DNA of 64,000 bases from Convolutriloba macropyga (GCF_964194025.1 NC_134470.1:3844001-3908000), one strand, 5' to 3'. Shown: positions 36,768-49,977, counted from the stretch's first letter. Notes: a model not told the origin generated them from the letters alone. Translations and numbers: made by a program.

Positions 36768-39700
36768 GCTTTCGTCAAAATTTTCTACTTTTGTTGATTG
36801 TCTTGATTGTTTAATGGTGATACTTTAGTTGTTTTTAATCCGTTCTGTTCTTTACGCAGCTGCATTATGTTTTCAAAAAGTTTGTTGAAGGACGAAGAAT
36901 TTTATCTAGAAATATTTCGATAAAAGCTGGAAAAAGACCATTTGTTTCACGAGGTTTCGTAATGTCCAGCTTAAACCTTATCGATCTAACCGGTCACGTG
37001 TTTGGATGCGCTATTGGCTACGAATCCTTCTTGCTTTCTGTGCATGGTTTCCCGTTCGCGGCGTTGTCTTAGCGTGAAATTCTGCTCGTTACAAAAACCA
37101 GAAAAAAATTGGCGAAATGGGTTACAGAATACAGAAACAATGTGCGTAAAACAGTTACGTCAACCGAATGTTCTCCCACTGCCCTTGTTCTTTAACTAAA
37201 GGACATTTTGATTCTCATAAAGTTAGCATAAAGGATCTCATAAAGAAAGCGAAGACTGAGATCTAGTATTGCCTGATATCCTTGAAGACCTAGGACAACT
37301 ACCACTGAAATTCAATATGCCAACAATGGGTACAGTGAAAGGATGAAACTGACACGTAGATTAATTAATCGGCTGCGCAAAAACACAGACAGAACCTAGA
37401 AAAATGGTTTAAATAAAAGAATTTTGCACGTTATTTGGAAATTTGTAACTCATGAAGGTATTTGAGATGAAATTTAGCTGGTTGCTGAGGGGTCTTGTTC
37501 CCTTGAGTCTTTTTAAACTAACTTCCACACATTTCCGCACCTCTGGCAGTCGCATCAATTTTTCCATATGTAGAAGTTACTCTTTTGACATAGTTCCTTG
37601 TATTAGAGAGAAGTGTTGACGTTACTCTTTTGACATATAGTTCCATGCTGTAGATAGAAGTCTGCTTTTCAGTCCTTGTTCCTTTACCAAACTCAGTTCT
37701 GCACATCTTTCTATCTTCTTTCACTTCTGGTTTCTTTGCAAACATTCCTCAGATCAAAGAATTCATCCTTCTGACCTCGTTGGTCAACCAGTTTTGGTAT
37801 ATCTTTGTGCTCATTTTTGCTTTGACAGCAGTTTTGACAGGGCTAGTAGGTCAATCATATGCATGTACAGTCGAAAGGGCAAAAGATTATACAGTCACCG
37901 GCTTTTGAGACAGCTCCCTTTTGGTTCCGGTTATCAATTTCGCTGCTCTCCGTGGAAATTGCCCAATCTTCCATAGTTCTCTTCTCGTCAAGCTACAGAA
38001 AATCAACGGACAAGCAGTGGATAAAACTAGCTGGTGAAAACAACTAAAATGGGGATAAAATGGCAGAACTAGTTACTTGAAAAAAACGAGGTTGATCGGG
38101 TTCTTTTTTTCTGAAGCCTGCCATGCTTGTCCTGTCAAGCAAACTTGCCGTGTGCAGATGTTGCTCTTTTGACATAGTTCCATATGGTTGAAAGAATTCT
38201 GGTTTTCAGTCTTTTTGTTTTACCAAAATCAAATTTACAAATCATTCTGATTGCGATTCCACATTTTCGGTAAACAAATTCACTTCTCGCTTCTTTTGAA
38301 ACATTCCTCAGATCAAAGATATCAGTATTCTGACCTCGTTGGTCAACCAGTTTTGGTAAATCATTGTTCTCATTTTTGTTTTGAGCAGTTTCGGCAGGGC
38401 TAGTAAGTCAATCATTTGTTGTACAGTCGAAGGGGCTACAAATTTTACAGTCACCGGCTGTTGAGATAGCTTCGTTCTTTGTTTCCGGTTATCCATTTCG
38501 CTGCTCTCCGTTGTAAATGCTCAATCGTTTAAATTTTTCTTCTTGTCAAGCAAAAGAAAATCAACGGACAAGCAGTGGATAACAGTAGCGGGTGAAAACA
38601 ACGAATAAACTGGCAAAACTAGTTTCTTGAAAATACCGAGCTTGATCGGGTTCTATTTTGAAGCCTGCCATGCTTGTCCTGTCAAGCAAACTTGCCATGT
38701 GCATATGTTGTTCTTTTGACATAGTTCCACGTGGTTGAGGGAAATCTATTTTTCAGTCTTTTTGCTTTACCAAGGTCAATTTTACACATCACTCTGATTG
38801 CGAATCCACATTTTTGGTAAACAAATTCCTTTCTCGCTTCTTTTGAAACATTCATCAGATCAAAGATATCAGTATTCTGACCTCGTTGGTCAATCAGTTT
38901 TGGTATAGCAATCATCTTATTTTTGCCATTCAGAAGTTTTCACAGGGCTAGTAGGTGAATCATTTCAGGTACAACCGAAGGGGCAACAGATTTTACAGTC
39001 ACTGGCTGTTGAGATAGCTTCTATCTTTGTTTTCGGTTATCCTTTCCAATGCTTTCCGTTGAAGAAGCTCAATCTTTCATAGTTTTTCTCTCGTCAAGCT
39101 GGTGTAAATCAGCGGACAAAGACTGGATAACAGTAGCTGCTAAAAACAACGCATAAACTGGCAGAATTTTCAATTTGAAAATACCAAGCTTGATCGGGTT
39201 CTCTTTTGAAGACTGCCATGCTTGTCCTGTCAGTCAAACTTGCCAATTGCAGATGTCGCTCTTTTGACATAGTTCCACGTGGTTGAAAGAAATCTATTTT
39301 TCAGTCTTTTTGCTTTACCAAAATCAATTTTACACATCATTCTGATTGCGATTACTTATTTCCGGTAAACAAATTAATTTCTGGCTTCTTTTGAAACATT
39401 CCTCAGATCAAAGATATCAGTCTTCTGACCTCGTTGATCAACCAGTTTTGGTAAATCATTGTTCTAATTTTTGTTTTGACAGCACTTTGGCAGGGCCAGT
39501 AGGTCAATCATTTGCGAGTACAGTCGATGGGGCAACAGATTTTATAGTCAGCGGCTGCTGTTGAGATAGCTTCCTTCTTTGTTTCCGGTTATCCACTTCG
39601 CTGCTTTCCGTTGAAAATGCTCAATCTTCCAGTCTTCCATAGTTTTTTCGTTAAGCTGAAGAAAATCAACGAACAATGAATGGATAACAGTAGCTGCTGA

Positions 39701-41239
39701 AAAGAATGGATAAACTGGCAGAATTATTCACTTGAAAATACCGAGCTTGATTGGGTTCTTTTTTGGATCGCGTTCTTCTTGCTTGTCCTGTCAGGCAAAC
39801 TTGCCATGTGCAGATGTTGCTCTTTTGACAAAGTTCCATGTGGTTGAAAAAATTCTGTTTTTCAGTCTTTTTGTTTTACCAAAATCAATTTTACACATCA
39901 TTCTGATTGCGATTACTTATTTCCGGTAAACAAATTAATTTCTGGCTTCTTTTGAAACATTCCTCAGATCAAAGATATCAGTCTTCTGACCTCGTTGATC
40001 AACCAGTTTTGGTAAATCATTGTTCTAATTTTTGTTTTGACAGCACTTTGGCAGGGCCAGTAGGTCAATCATTTGCGAGTACAGTCGATGGGGCAACAGA
40101 TTTTATAGTCAGCGGCTGCTGTTGAGATAGCTTCCTTCTTTGTTTCCGGTTATCCACTTCGCTGCTTTCCGTTGAAAATGCTCAATCTTCCAGTCTTCCA
40201 TAGTTTTTTCGTTAAGCTGAAGAAAATCAACGAACAATGAATGGATAACAGTAGCTGCTGAAAAGAATGGATAAACTGGCAGAATTATTCACTTGAAAAT
40301 ACCGAGCTTGATTGGGTTCTTTTTTGGATCGCGTTCTTCTTGCTTGTCCTGTCAGGCAAACTTGCCATGTGCAGATGTTGCTCTTTTGACAAAGTTCCAT
40401 GTGGTTGAAAAAATTCTGTTTTTCAGTCTTTTTGTTTTACCAAAATCAATTTTACAAATCATTCTGATTGCGATTCCACATTTTCGGTAAACAAATTCAC
40501 TTCTCGCTTCTTTTGAAACATTCCTCAGATCAAAGATATCAGTATTCTGACCTCGTTGGTCAACCAGTTTTGGTAAATCATTGTTCTCATTTTTGTTTTG
40601 AGCAGTTTCGGAAGGGCTAGTAAGTCAATCATTTGTTGTACAGTCGAAGGGGCTACAAATTTTACAGTCACCGGCTGTTGAGATAGCTTCGTTCTTTGTT
40701 TCCGGTTATCCATTTCGCTGCTCTCCGTTGTAAATGCTCAATCGTTTAAATTTTTCTTCTTGTCAAGCAAAAGAAAATCAACGGACAAGCAGTGGATAAC
40801 AGTAGCGGGTGAAAACAACGAATAAACTGGCAAAACTAGTTTCTTGAAAATACCGAGCTTGATCGGGTTCTTCTTTGAAGACTGCCATGTTTGTCCTGTT
40901 AAGCAAACTTGCCATGTGCAGATGTTGCTCGTATGACATGGTTCCATGTGGTTGAAAGAATTCTGTTTTTCAGTCTTTTTGCTTTACCAAAATCAATTTT
41001 ATACTTCATTCTGATAGCGATTGCACAATTTCGGTAAACAAGTTCACTTCTCGTTTTTTTAGAAACATTCCTCAGATCAGAAATATCTGTCTTCTGACCT
41101 TGTTGGTCAACCAGTTTTGGTAAATCAGTGTTCTCCTTTTTGTTTTGACAGCAGAGCAGGGCTAGTAGGTCAATCATTTGCATGTACAGTCGAAGGGGCA
41201 ACAGATTTTACAGTCACTGGCTGTTGAGATAGCTTCCTT

Positions 41240-41660
41240 ATACTTTACTGTTCTCTGTTGATTTTGCTCAAGCGATGATCAAATTGCCTTGACTATGAGA
41301 AATTTGCGCAAACAGTTACTCCTAGGTCTTTGCATTCATTTGGACTGTTAAGACATTAAAGCAGACCTGTGCGCACTTGTGATTTGAAGTGCAAATTGAC
41401 TTGTCAGAAAAGTTTTCTGAGTATAATAGTTGCACGCTGCTAGTCTTTTGCGATTGCTAAAACTGCGGAAACAACTGTACATTGTTTTAACAAAAACGAC
41501 AGGGACTGCTCCCCCACAGCTGTGGCTGTGAATTCTCTGCAAAAGACAACAATATCAACTACTTCGATAAAAGCTTCAGAGATAATGATATCTGTACATG
41601 GTGGTTGTTATGCCGCTGTCAGAGCTGTCGAAACATTCCGAAACTCAAACTTAACCTAGC
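41240..41660 (+). pseudogene. Plus-strand LINE ORF2 C-terminal remnant, duplicated at ~49095-49660
   Basis: NYFDKSFRDNDICTWWLLCRCQSCRNIPKLK matches the Cys-rich tail (NICSWHLCCDCQICR) of the LINE at 47.5 kb. Confidence 0.7.
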
Positions 41661-44600
41661 ATATGTGGAATTTGGAACTATCCTCCCCTGCTATTAGCAC
41701 TCACCTTTTTAAAATAATCATAAAAGTTGATAGTTTGGATCTTTTCCGTTTGTGCCCCCAGTACGTTATGCTCCCCCAATTACAGAGCATTTGCCATTAC
41801 ATGGTAAATCATTATGTTAAAATTTTGCATGTGCTTCTGGTGAGTGTAAAAACACAGACAGAACCAAGAAAAATGGTTTAAAATAATAATTTTGCACGTT
41901 ATTTGGAAATTTGTCAATAAATTCTTTTGAGATGAAAATTCTGTTGGTTGCTGAGGGGTCGTGTTCCCTTGAGTCTGTTTAAACTAACTTCCACAATTTT
42001 CCGCACCTCTGGCAGTTGCAGCAATTTTTCCGTATGTAGATATTAATCTTTTGACATAGTTCTGCGTGGTAGAGAGAAGTGTAGATGTTACTCTTTTGAC
42101 ATAGTTCCATGTTGTACAGAAAAGTCTGCTTTTCAGTCCTTTTTCTTTACCAAAATCACTTCTCGCTTCTTTTTAAACATTCATCAGTTCAAAGATATCA
42201 GTCTTCTGACCTCGTTGGTCAACCAGTTTTGGTAAATCATTGTTCTCAGTTTTGGTTTGACAGCAGTTTTGGCAGGGCTAGTAGGTCAATCATTTGCATG
42301 TACAGTCGAAGGCGCAACGGATTTTACAGTCACTGGCTGTTGAGATAGCTTCCTTTTTTGTTTGCGGTTATCAATTTTGCTGCTCTCCGTTGTAAATGCT
42401 CAGTCTTTCATAGTTTTCTTCTTGTCAAGCGACAGAAAATCAACGGAGAAGCAGTGGATAACAGTAGCTGGTGAAAACAACGGATAAATTGGCAGAAACA
42501 GTTTCCTGAAAATGCCGAGCTTGATCGGGTTTTTTTTGACGACTGCCATGTTTGTCCTGTCAAGCAAACTCGCCATGTGCAGATGTTGCTCGTTTGACAT
42601 GGTTCAATGTGGTTGAAAGAATTCTGTTTTTCAGTCTTTTTGCTTTACCAAAACCAATTTTATACTTCATTCTGATAGCGATTGCACAATTTCGGTAAAC
42701 AAGTTCACTTCTCTTTTTTAGAAACATTCCTCAGATCAAAACTATCTGTCTTCTGACCTCTTTGGTCAACCAGTTTTGGTAAATCATTGTTCTCAATTTT
42801 GTTTTGACAGCAGTTTTTTCAGGGCTAGAAGGTCAATCATTTGCATGTACAGTCGAAGGGGCAACATATTTTACAGTCACTGGCTGTTGAGATAGCTTCC
42901 TTTTTTTGGTCTCGGATATCAATATTGCTGCTCTCCGTTGTAAATGCTCAATCTTTCATAGTTTTTTTCTTGTCAAGCTACTGAAAATCAACGAAAAAGC
43001 AGTGGATAACAGTAGCTGGTGAAAACAACGGATAAACTGGCAGAACTAGTTTCCTGAAAATGCCGAACTTGATCGGGTTCTTCTTTGAAGACTGCCATGT
43101 TTGTCCTGTTAAGCAAACTTGCCATGAGCAGATGTTGCTCGTATGACATGGTTCCATGTGGTTGAAAGAATTCTGTTTTTCAGTCTTTTTGCTTTACCAA
43201 AATCAATTTTATACTTCATTCTGATAGCGATTGCACAATTTCGGTAAACAAGTTCACTTCTCGTTTTTTTAGAAACATTCCTCAGATCAGAAATATCTGT
43301 CTTCTGACCTTGTTGGTCAACCAGTTTTGGTAAATCAGTGTTCTCCTTTTTGTTTTGACAGCAGAGCAGGGCTAGTAGGTCAATCATTTGCATGTACAGT
43401 CGAAGGGGCAACAGATTTTACAGTCACTGGCTGTTGAGATAGCTTCCTTTTCTGTTTCCGGTTATCAATTTCGCTGCTCTCCGTTGTAAATCTCAACCTT
43501 TCATAGTTTTCTTCTTGCCAAGCTACAGAAAATCAACGGACAAGCAGTGGATAACAGTAGCTGGTAAAAACAATTGATAAACGGGCAGAACTAGTTTCCT
43601 GAAAATACCGAGCTTGATCGGGTTCTTTTTTGAAGACTGCCATGCTTGTCCTGTCAAGCAAACTTGCCATATGCATATGTTGCTCTTTTGACATGGTTCC
43701 AGGTGGTTGAAGGAATTATGTTTTCCAGTCTTTTTGCTTTACCAAAATTAATTTGATACATCATTCTGATTGCGATTGCACAATTTCGGTAAACAAATTC
43801 ACTTCTCGCTTTTTTAGAAACATTCCTCAGATCAGAAATATCAGTCTTCTGACCTCGTTGGTCAACCAGTTTTGGTAATTCACTGTTCTCATTTTGGTTT
43901 GGCAGGGCTAGTAGGTCAATCATTTGCATGTACAGTCAAAGGGGCAACAGATTTTACAGTCACCGGCTGTTGAGATAGCGTCCTTTTTTGTTTCCGGTTA
44001 TCAATTTTGCTGCTCTCCGTTATAAATGCTCAATCATACATAGTTTTCTTCATTTCAAGCTACAGAAAATCAACGGACAAGCAGTGGATAACAGAAGCTG
44101 GTGAAATCAACGGATAAACTGGCAATACTATTCTCCTGAAAATACCGAGCTTGATCGGGTTCTTTTTTGAAGATTGCCAAGCTTGTCCTGTCAAGCAAAC
44201 TTGCCATGTGCAGATGTTACTCTTCTGACATGGTTCCATGTGGTTGAAGGAATTATGTTTTTCAGTCTTTTTGCTTTACCAAAATCAATTTTATACTTCA
44301 TTTTGATAGCGATTGCACAATTTCGGTAAACAAGTTCACTTCTCGTTTTTTTAGAAACATTCCTTAGCTCAAAAATATCTGTCTTCTGACCTCGTTGGTC
44401 AACCAGTTTTGGTAATTCACTGTTCTCATTTTGGTTTGGCAGGGCTAGTAGGTCAATCATTTGCATGTACAGTCGAAGGGGCAACAGATTTTACAGTCAC
44501 CGGCTGTTGAGATAGCTTCTTTTTTGTTTCCGGATATCAATATTGCTGCTCTCCGTTGTAAATGCTCAATCTTTTATAGTTTTTTTCTTGTCAAGCTACT

Positions 44601-47461
44601 GAAAATCAACGGAAAAGCAGTGGATAACAGTAGCTGGTGAAAACAACGGATAAACTGGCAGAACTAGTTTCCTGAAAATGCCGAGCTTGATCGGGTTCTA
44701 TTTTGAAGCCTGCCATGCTTGTCCTGTCAAGCAAACTTGCCATGTGCAGATGTTGCTCGTTTGACATGGTTCAATGTGGTTGAAAGAATTCTGTTTTTCA
44801 GTCTTTTTGCTTTACCAAAATCAATTTTATACTTCATTTTGATAGCGATTGCACAATTTCGGTAAACAAGTTCACTTCTCGTTTTTTTAGAAACATTCCT
44901 TAGCTCAAAAATATCTGTCTTCTGACCTCGTTGGTCAACCAGTTTTGGTAAATCGTTGTTCTCATTTTGGTTTGGCAGGGCTAGTAGGTCAATCATTTGC
45001 ATGTACAGTCGAAGGGGCAACAGATTTTACAGTCACCGGCTGTTGAGATAGCTTCTTTTTTGTTTCCGGATATCAATATTGCTGCTCTCCGTTGTAAATG
45101 CTCAATCTTTTATAGTTTTTTTCTTGTCAAGCTACTGAAAATCAACGGAAAAGCAGTGGATAACAGTAGCTGGTGAAAACAACGGATAAACTGGCAGAAC
45201 TAGTTTCCTGAAAATGCCGAGCTTGATCGGGTTCTATTTTGAAGCCTGCCATGCTTGTCCTGTCAAGCAAACTTGCCATGTGCAGATGTTGCTCGTTTGA
45301 CATGGTTCAATGTGGTTGAAAGAATTCTGTTTTTCAGTCTTTTTGCTTTACCAAAATCAATTTTATACTTCATTTTGATAGCGATTGCACAATTTCGGTA
45401 AACAAGTTCACTTCTCGTTTTTTTAGAAACATTCCTTAGCTCAAAAATATCTGTCTTCTGACCTCGTTGGTCAACCAGTTTTGGTAAATCGTTGTTCTCA
45501 ATTTTGTTTTGACAGCAGTTTTGGCAGGGCTAGTCGGTCAATCATTTGCATGTACAGTCAAAGGGGCAACAGATTTTACAGTCACCGGCTGTTGAGATAG
45601 CGTCCTTTTTTGTTTCCGGTTATCAATTTTGCTGCTCTCCGTTATAAATGCTCAATCATACATAGTTTTCTTCATTTCAAGCTACAGAAAATCAACGGAC
45701 AAGCAGTGGATAACAGAAGCTGGTGAAATCAACGGATAAACTGGCAATACTATTCTCCTGAAAATACCGAGCTTGATCGGGTTCTTTTTTGAAGATTGCC
45801 AAGCTTGTCCTGTCAAGCAAACTTGCCATGTGCAGATGTTACTCTTCTGACATGGTTCCATGTGGTTGAAGGAATTATGTTTTTCAGTCTTTTTGCTTTA
45901 CCAAAATCAATTTTATACTTCATTTTGATAGCGATTGCACAATTTCGGTAAACAAGTTCACTTCTCGTTTTTTTAGAAACATTCCTTAGCTCAAAAATAT
46001 CTGTCTTCTGACCTCGTTGGTCAACCAGTTTTTGGTGATTCACTGTTCTCATTTTGGTTTGGCAGGGCTAGTAGGTCAATCATTTGCATGTACAGTCGAA
46101 GGGGCAACAGATTTTACAGTCACCGGCTGTTGAGATAGCTTCTTTTTTGTTTCCGGATATCAATATTGCTGCTCTCCGTTGTAAATGCTCAATCTTTTAT
46201 AGTTTTTTTCTTGTCAAGCTACTGAAAATCAACGGAAAAGCAGTGGATAACAGTAGCTGGTGAAAACAACGGATAAACTGGCAGAACTAGTTTCCTGAAA
46301 ATGCCGAGCTTGATCGGGTTCTATTTTGAAGCCTGCCATGCTTGTCCTGTCAAGCAAACTTGCCATGTGCAGATGTTGCTCGTTTGACATGGTTCAATGT
46401 GGTTGAAAGAATTCTGTTTTTCAGTCTTTTTGCTTTACCAAAAATAATTTGATACATCATTCTGATGGCGATAGCACAATTTCGGTAAACAAGTTCGCCT
46501 CTCGCTTTTTTAGAAACATTCCTCAGATCAAAAATATCAGTCTTCTGACCTCGTTGGTCAACCAGTTTTGGTAATTCACTGTTCTCATTTTGGTTTGGCA
46601 GGGCTAGTAGGTCAATCATTTGCATGTACAGTCGAAGGGGCAACAGATTTTACAGTCACCGGCTGTTGAGATAGCTTCTTTTTTGTTTCCGGATATCAAT
46701 ATTGCTGCTCTCCGTTGTAAATGCTCAATCTTTTATAGTTTTTTTCTTGTCAAGCTACTGAAAATCAACGGAAAAGCAGTGGATAACAGTAGCTGGTGAA
46801 AACAACGGATAAACTGGCAGAACTAGTTTCCTGAAAATGCCGAGCTTGATCGGGTTCTATTTTGAAGCCTGCCATGCTTGTCCTGTCAAGCAAACTTGCC
46901 ATGTGCAGATGTTGCTCGTTTGACATGGTTCAATGTGGTTGAAAGAATTCTGTTTTTCAGTCTTTTTGCTTTACCAAAATCAATTTTATACTTCATTTTG
47001 ATAGCGATTGCACAATTTCGGTAAACAAGTTCACTTCTCGTTTTTTTAGAAACATTCCTTAGCTCAAAAATATCTGTCTTCTGACCTCGTTGGTCAACCA
47101 GTTTTGGTAAATCGTTGTTCTCAATTTTGTTTTGACAGCAGTTTTGGCAGGGCTAGTCGGTCAATCATTTGCATGTACTGTCGAAGGGGCAACAGATTTT
47201 ACAGTCACCGGCTGTTGAGATGGCTTCCTTCTTTGTTTCCGGATATCCATTTCGCTGCTCTCCGTTGTAAATGCTCAGTCTTTCATAGTTTTCTTCTTGT
47301 CAAGCGACAGAAAATCAACGGACAAGCAGTGGATAACAGTAGCTGGTGAAAACAACGGATAAATTGGCAGAAATTGTTTCCTGAAAATGCCGAGCTTGAT
47401 CGGGTTTTTTTTGAAGACTGCCATGTTTGTCCTGTCAAGCAAACTTGCCATGTGCAGATGT

Positions 47462-48300
47462 TTGTCTTTTGAATTTTGTTGTTGTTGTTGTTGGGGATTT
47501 ACAGTTTTCACTGAGGGGATTTTCGTCCCAGTCGTCGTCTTAGAAAATTGTCCTATTATTTCTGCAGATCTGACAGTCACAGCATAGATGCCAGCTACAG
47601 ATGTTATTTTCGTCGAATCGCTCGTTTACAAACTTCCACATGAAATTTAAAACTCGATTTTTAAGGCCTTTTTCGTATTAAATTCAATGTATTTTTCTAT
47701 TCGATTTGCTAGTCTGCATGTACGGAAAAAGAAATCATTTCTAGCCTTTTCAGTTCTGGTTTTCGGGAGCTTGAATAATTCATTTGTTCTCCCTTTTTGT
47801 GAATTTTGTTTCAACATTGGTAAAAAGCTATCGTCTTCTGTCAATTTCGATAAAAGTAGAATGTCATTTAGTTGCATGAACATTGGTAGTGGTAGTATGT
47901 TAAGAAGTCTCAGTTGATTTGGATACGGCATGACTTTTTGTCCAAGGATCAATTTGACTACTTTCTTTTGAAATCTTTCAAGCTGTTGTAGCTCACCTCG
48001 GTTCGGATTTATACATGCAGAGCCGTATAAGAGTATTGGCAAAATTAGTGACTTGTAGAATCCGAGCTTGATCTCTTGTCTTAGTTGAAGAGCTATGTTT
48101 CGTCGAAGTAGGTAGAGTACTTTGTTCGCTTTTTTCAGTCGTTCTTCGATGTGTGTCTTCCACGTCAGGTCATGGGAAACATAGATGCCGAGATCTTTGA
48201 TGATTTTGGATGACTCTAGTTTAGTGCCCATAAGCTCGTAATTTTGTGTTTGACTTCTTATGCTCAGCTTTGCACATTTGTCCATGGCTAATTTCATTTA
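47462..48300 (-). mobile_element. 5'-truncated CR1-group LINE (ORF2 3' end, short UTR, (CAA)n tail) inserted in the satellite
   Basis: IKDLGIYVSHDLTWKTHI...IKLGFYKSLILPILLYG...LERFQKKVVK...LNILPLPMFMQLNDILLL, then after a frameshift FMWKFVNERFDENNICSWHLCCDCQICRNNRTIF*. (TTG)5 at ~47477-47493. Confidence 0.9.
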
Positions 48301-49462
48301 CCCACTGTGGTTGAAAGAATTCTGCATGTGAAAGAATTGGTTGCACGTGGTTGAAAGAATTCTGTTTTTCAGTCTTTTTGCTTTAAAAAATCAATTTTAT
48401 ACATCATTCTGATAGCGATTGCACAATTTCGGTAAACAACTTCAATTCTCGTTTTTTTAGAAACATTCCTCAGATCAAAAATATCTGTCTTCTGACCTCG
48501 TTGGTCAACCAGTTTTGGTAAATCGTTGTTCTCAATTTTGTTTTGACAGCAGTTTCGGCAGGGCTAATCGGTCAATCATTTACATGTACAGTCGAAGGCG
48601 CATAGGATTTTACAGTCACCGGCTGTTGAGATAGCTTCCTTTTTTGTTTCCGGTTATCAATTTTGCTGCTCTCCGTTGTAAATGCTCAATTTTTCATAGT
48701 TTTCTTCATGTCAAGCTACTGAGAATCAACGGACAAGCAGTGGATAACAGTAGCTGGTGAAAACAACGGATAAGCTGGCAGAAATCAAAGATATCAGTCT
48801 TCTGACCTCGTTGGTCAATCTAATTTGGTATAGCAATGTTCTCTTTTTTGCCATTCACCAGTTTTGACAGGGCTAGTAGGTGAATCATTTGCATGTACAA
48901 GTCGGAGGGGCAGCAGATTTAACAGTCAACGGCTGTTGAGATAGCTTCCTTATTTGTTTTCGGTTTTCCATTTCGCTGCTCGGATTTGTTCGGATAGCAG
49001 TAGCTGCTGAAAACAACGGATAAGCTGGCAGAACTAGTGACTTGTATAGACCGAGCGTGATCGGAATCTTTTTAGTATGCCATGCTTGTCCTTATACTTT
49101 ACAATTCTCTGTTGGTTTTGCTCAAGCGATGATCAACTTGCCTTGACCATGAGATATCGGTGCAAACAGTTACTCATTGGTCTTTGATTTCAATTTGAAT
49201 GTTAAGACTTTAAAGCAGACCTGTGCGCACTTGTGATTTGAAGTGCAAATTGACTTGTCAGAAAAGTTTTCTGAGTATAATAGTTGCACGCTGCTAGTCT
49301 TTTGCGATTGCTAAAACTGCGGAAACAACTGTACATTGTTTTAACAGAAACGACAGGGACTGCTCCCCCACAGCTGTGGCTGTGAATTCTCTACATTAAA
49401 CAACAACATCAACTACTTCGATAAAAGCTTCGGAGACAATGATATCTGTACATGGAGGTTGT

Positions 49463-49602
49463 GGGTCTTTCCCATTATAGCCCCCCCCCCCCCCCCCCCT
49501 CACGAAATTATAGCCCCCCATTATGGTATAGTTATCATGATTCGGGGGCTATAGGTTATCTGAGCACTAAGCTGGGGGGGGGGGCTATAATGGGAAAGAC
49601 CC
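49463..49602. mobile_element. 140-bp MITE with terminal inverted repeats and 8-bp TSD
   Basis: GGGTCTTTCCCATTATAGCCCCCCCC...GGGGGGGGCTATAATGGGAAAGACCC, with GAGGTTGT on both sides (49455-49462, 49603-49610). The empty site is visible in the paralogous copy near 41600. Confidence 0.92.
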
Positions 49603-49977
49603 GAGGTTGTTATGCCTCTGTCAAAGCTGTCGGAACATTCCGAAACTCAAACAACATAGAATCTGTGGAATTTGGGACTATCCTCCCCTGCTGCTAACAC
49701 TCAGCTATTTTTAAAATAATTATCGAATTTGATAGTTTGGATCTTTTCCGTTTGTGCCCCCCCCCCAATACGTTATGCTCCCCCAATTACAGAGCATGTG
49801 TCATTAGAAGTAGTAGCAGTAGCGAAGTCTTTAGGGATATACCATGGGTTTTCACCCTTTATGTCATTAGTGAGTAAGTTTGGAATGTTGGTGAATTACG
49901 TTAAAATATTGCACGTGCTATTGGTGGGTGCAAATAATACGCACCCACTAAGCGTCTTGAAAACTTTTAGTTGAGAA

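Larger units (their letters stand above)
37520..49091 (-). repeat. ~536-561-bp satellite (about 20 monomers in two blocks) derived from a LINE ORF2 C-terminal tail
   Basis: The junction GTCAAGCAAACTTGCC (or a variant) recurs at ~38134, 38681, 39228, 39790, 40350, 40897, 42559, 43107, 43653, 44190, 44726, 45262, 45812, 46349, 46885 and 47434. The minus-strand translation IKLGIFRKLVLPV...KIEHLQRRAAILISG...NLLPLRLYMQMIDLLAL...IFELRNVSKKTRSELVYRNCAIA...LKNRIL...NICTWQVC is colinear with the LINE fragment at 47647-48297. Confidence 0.9.
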
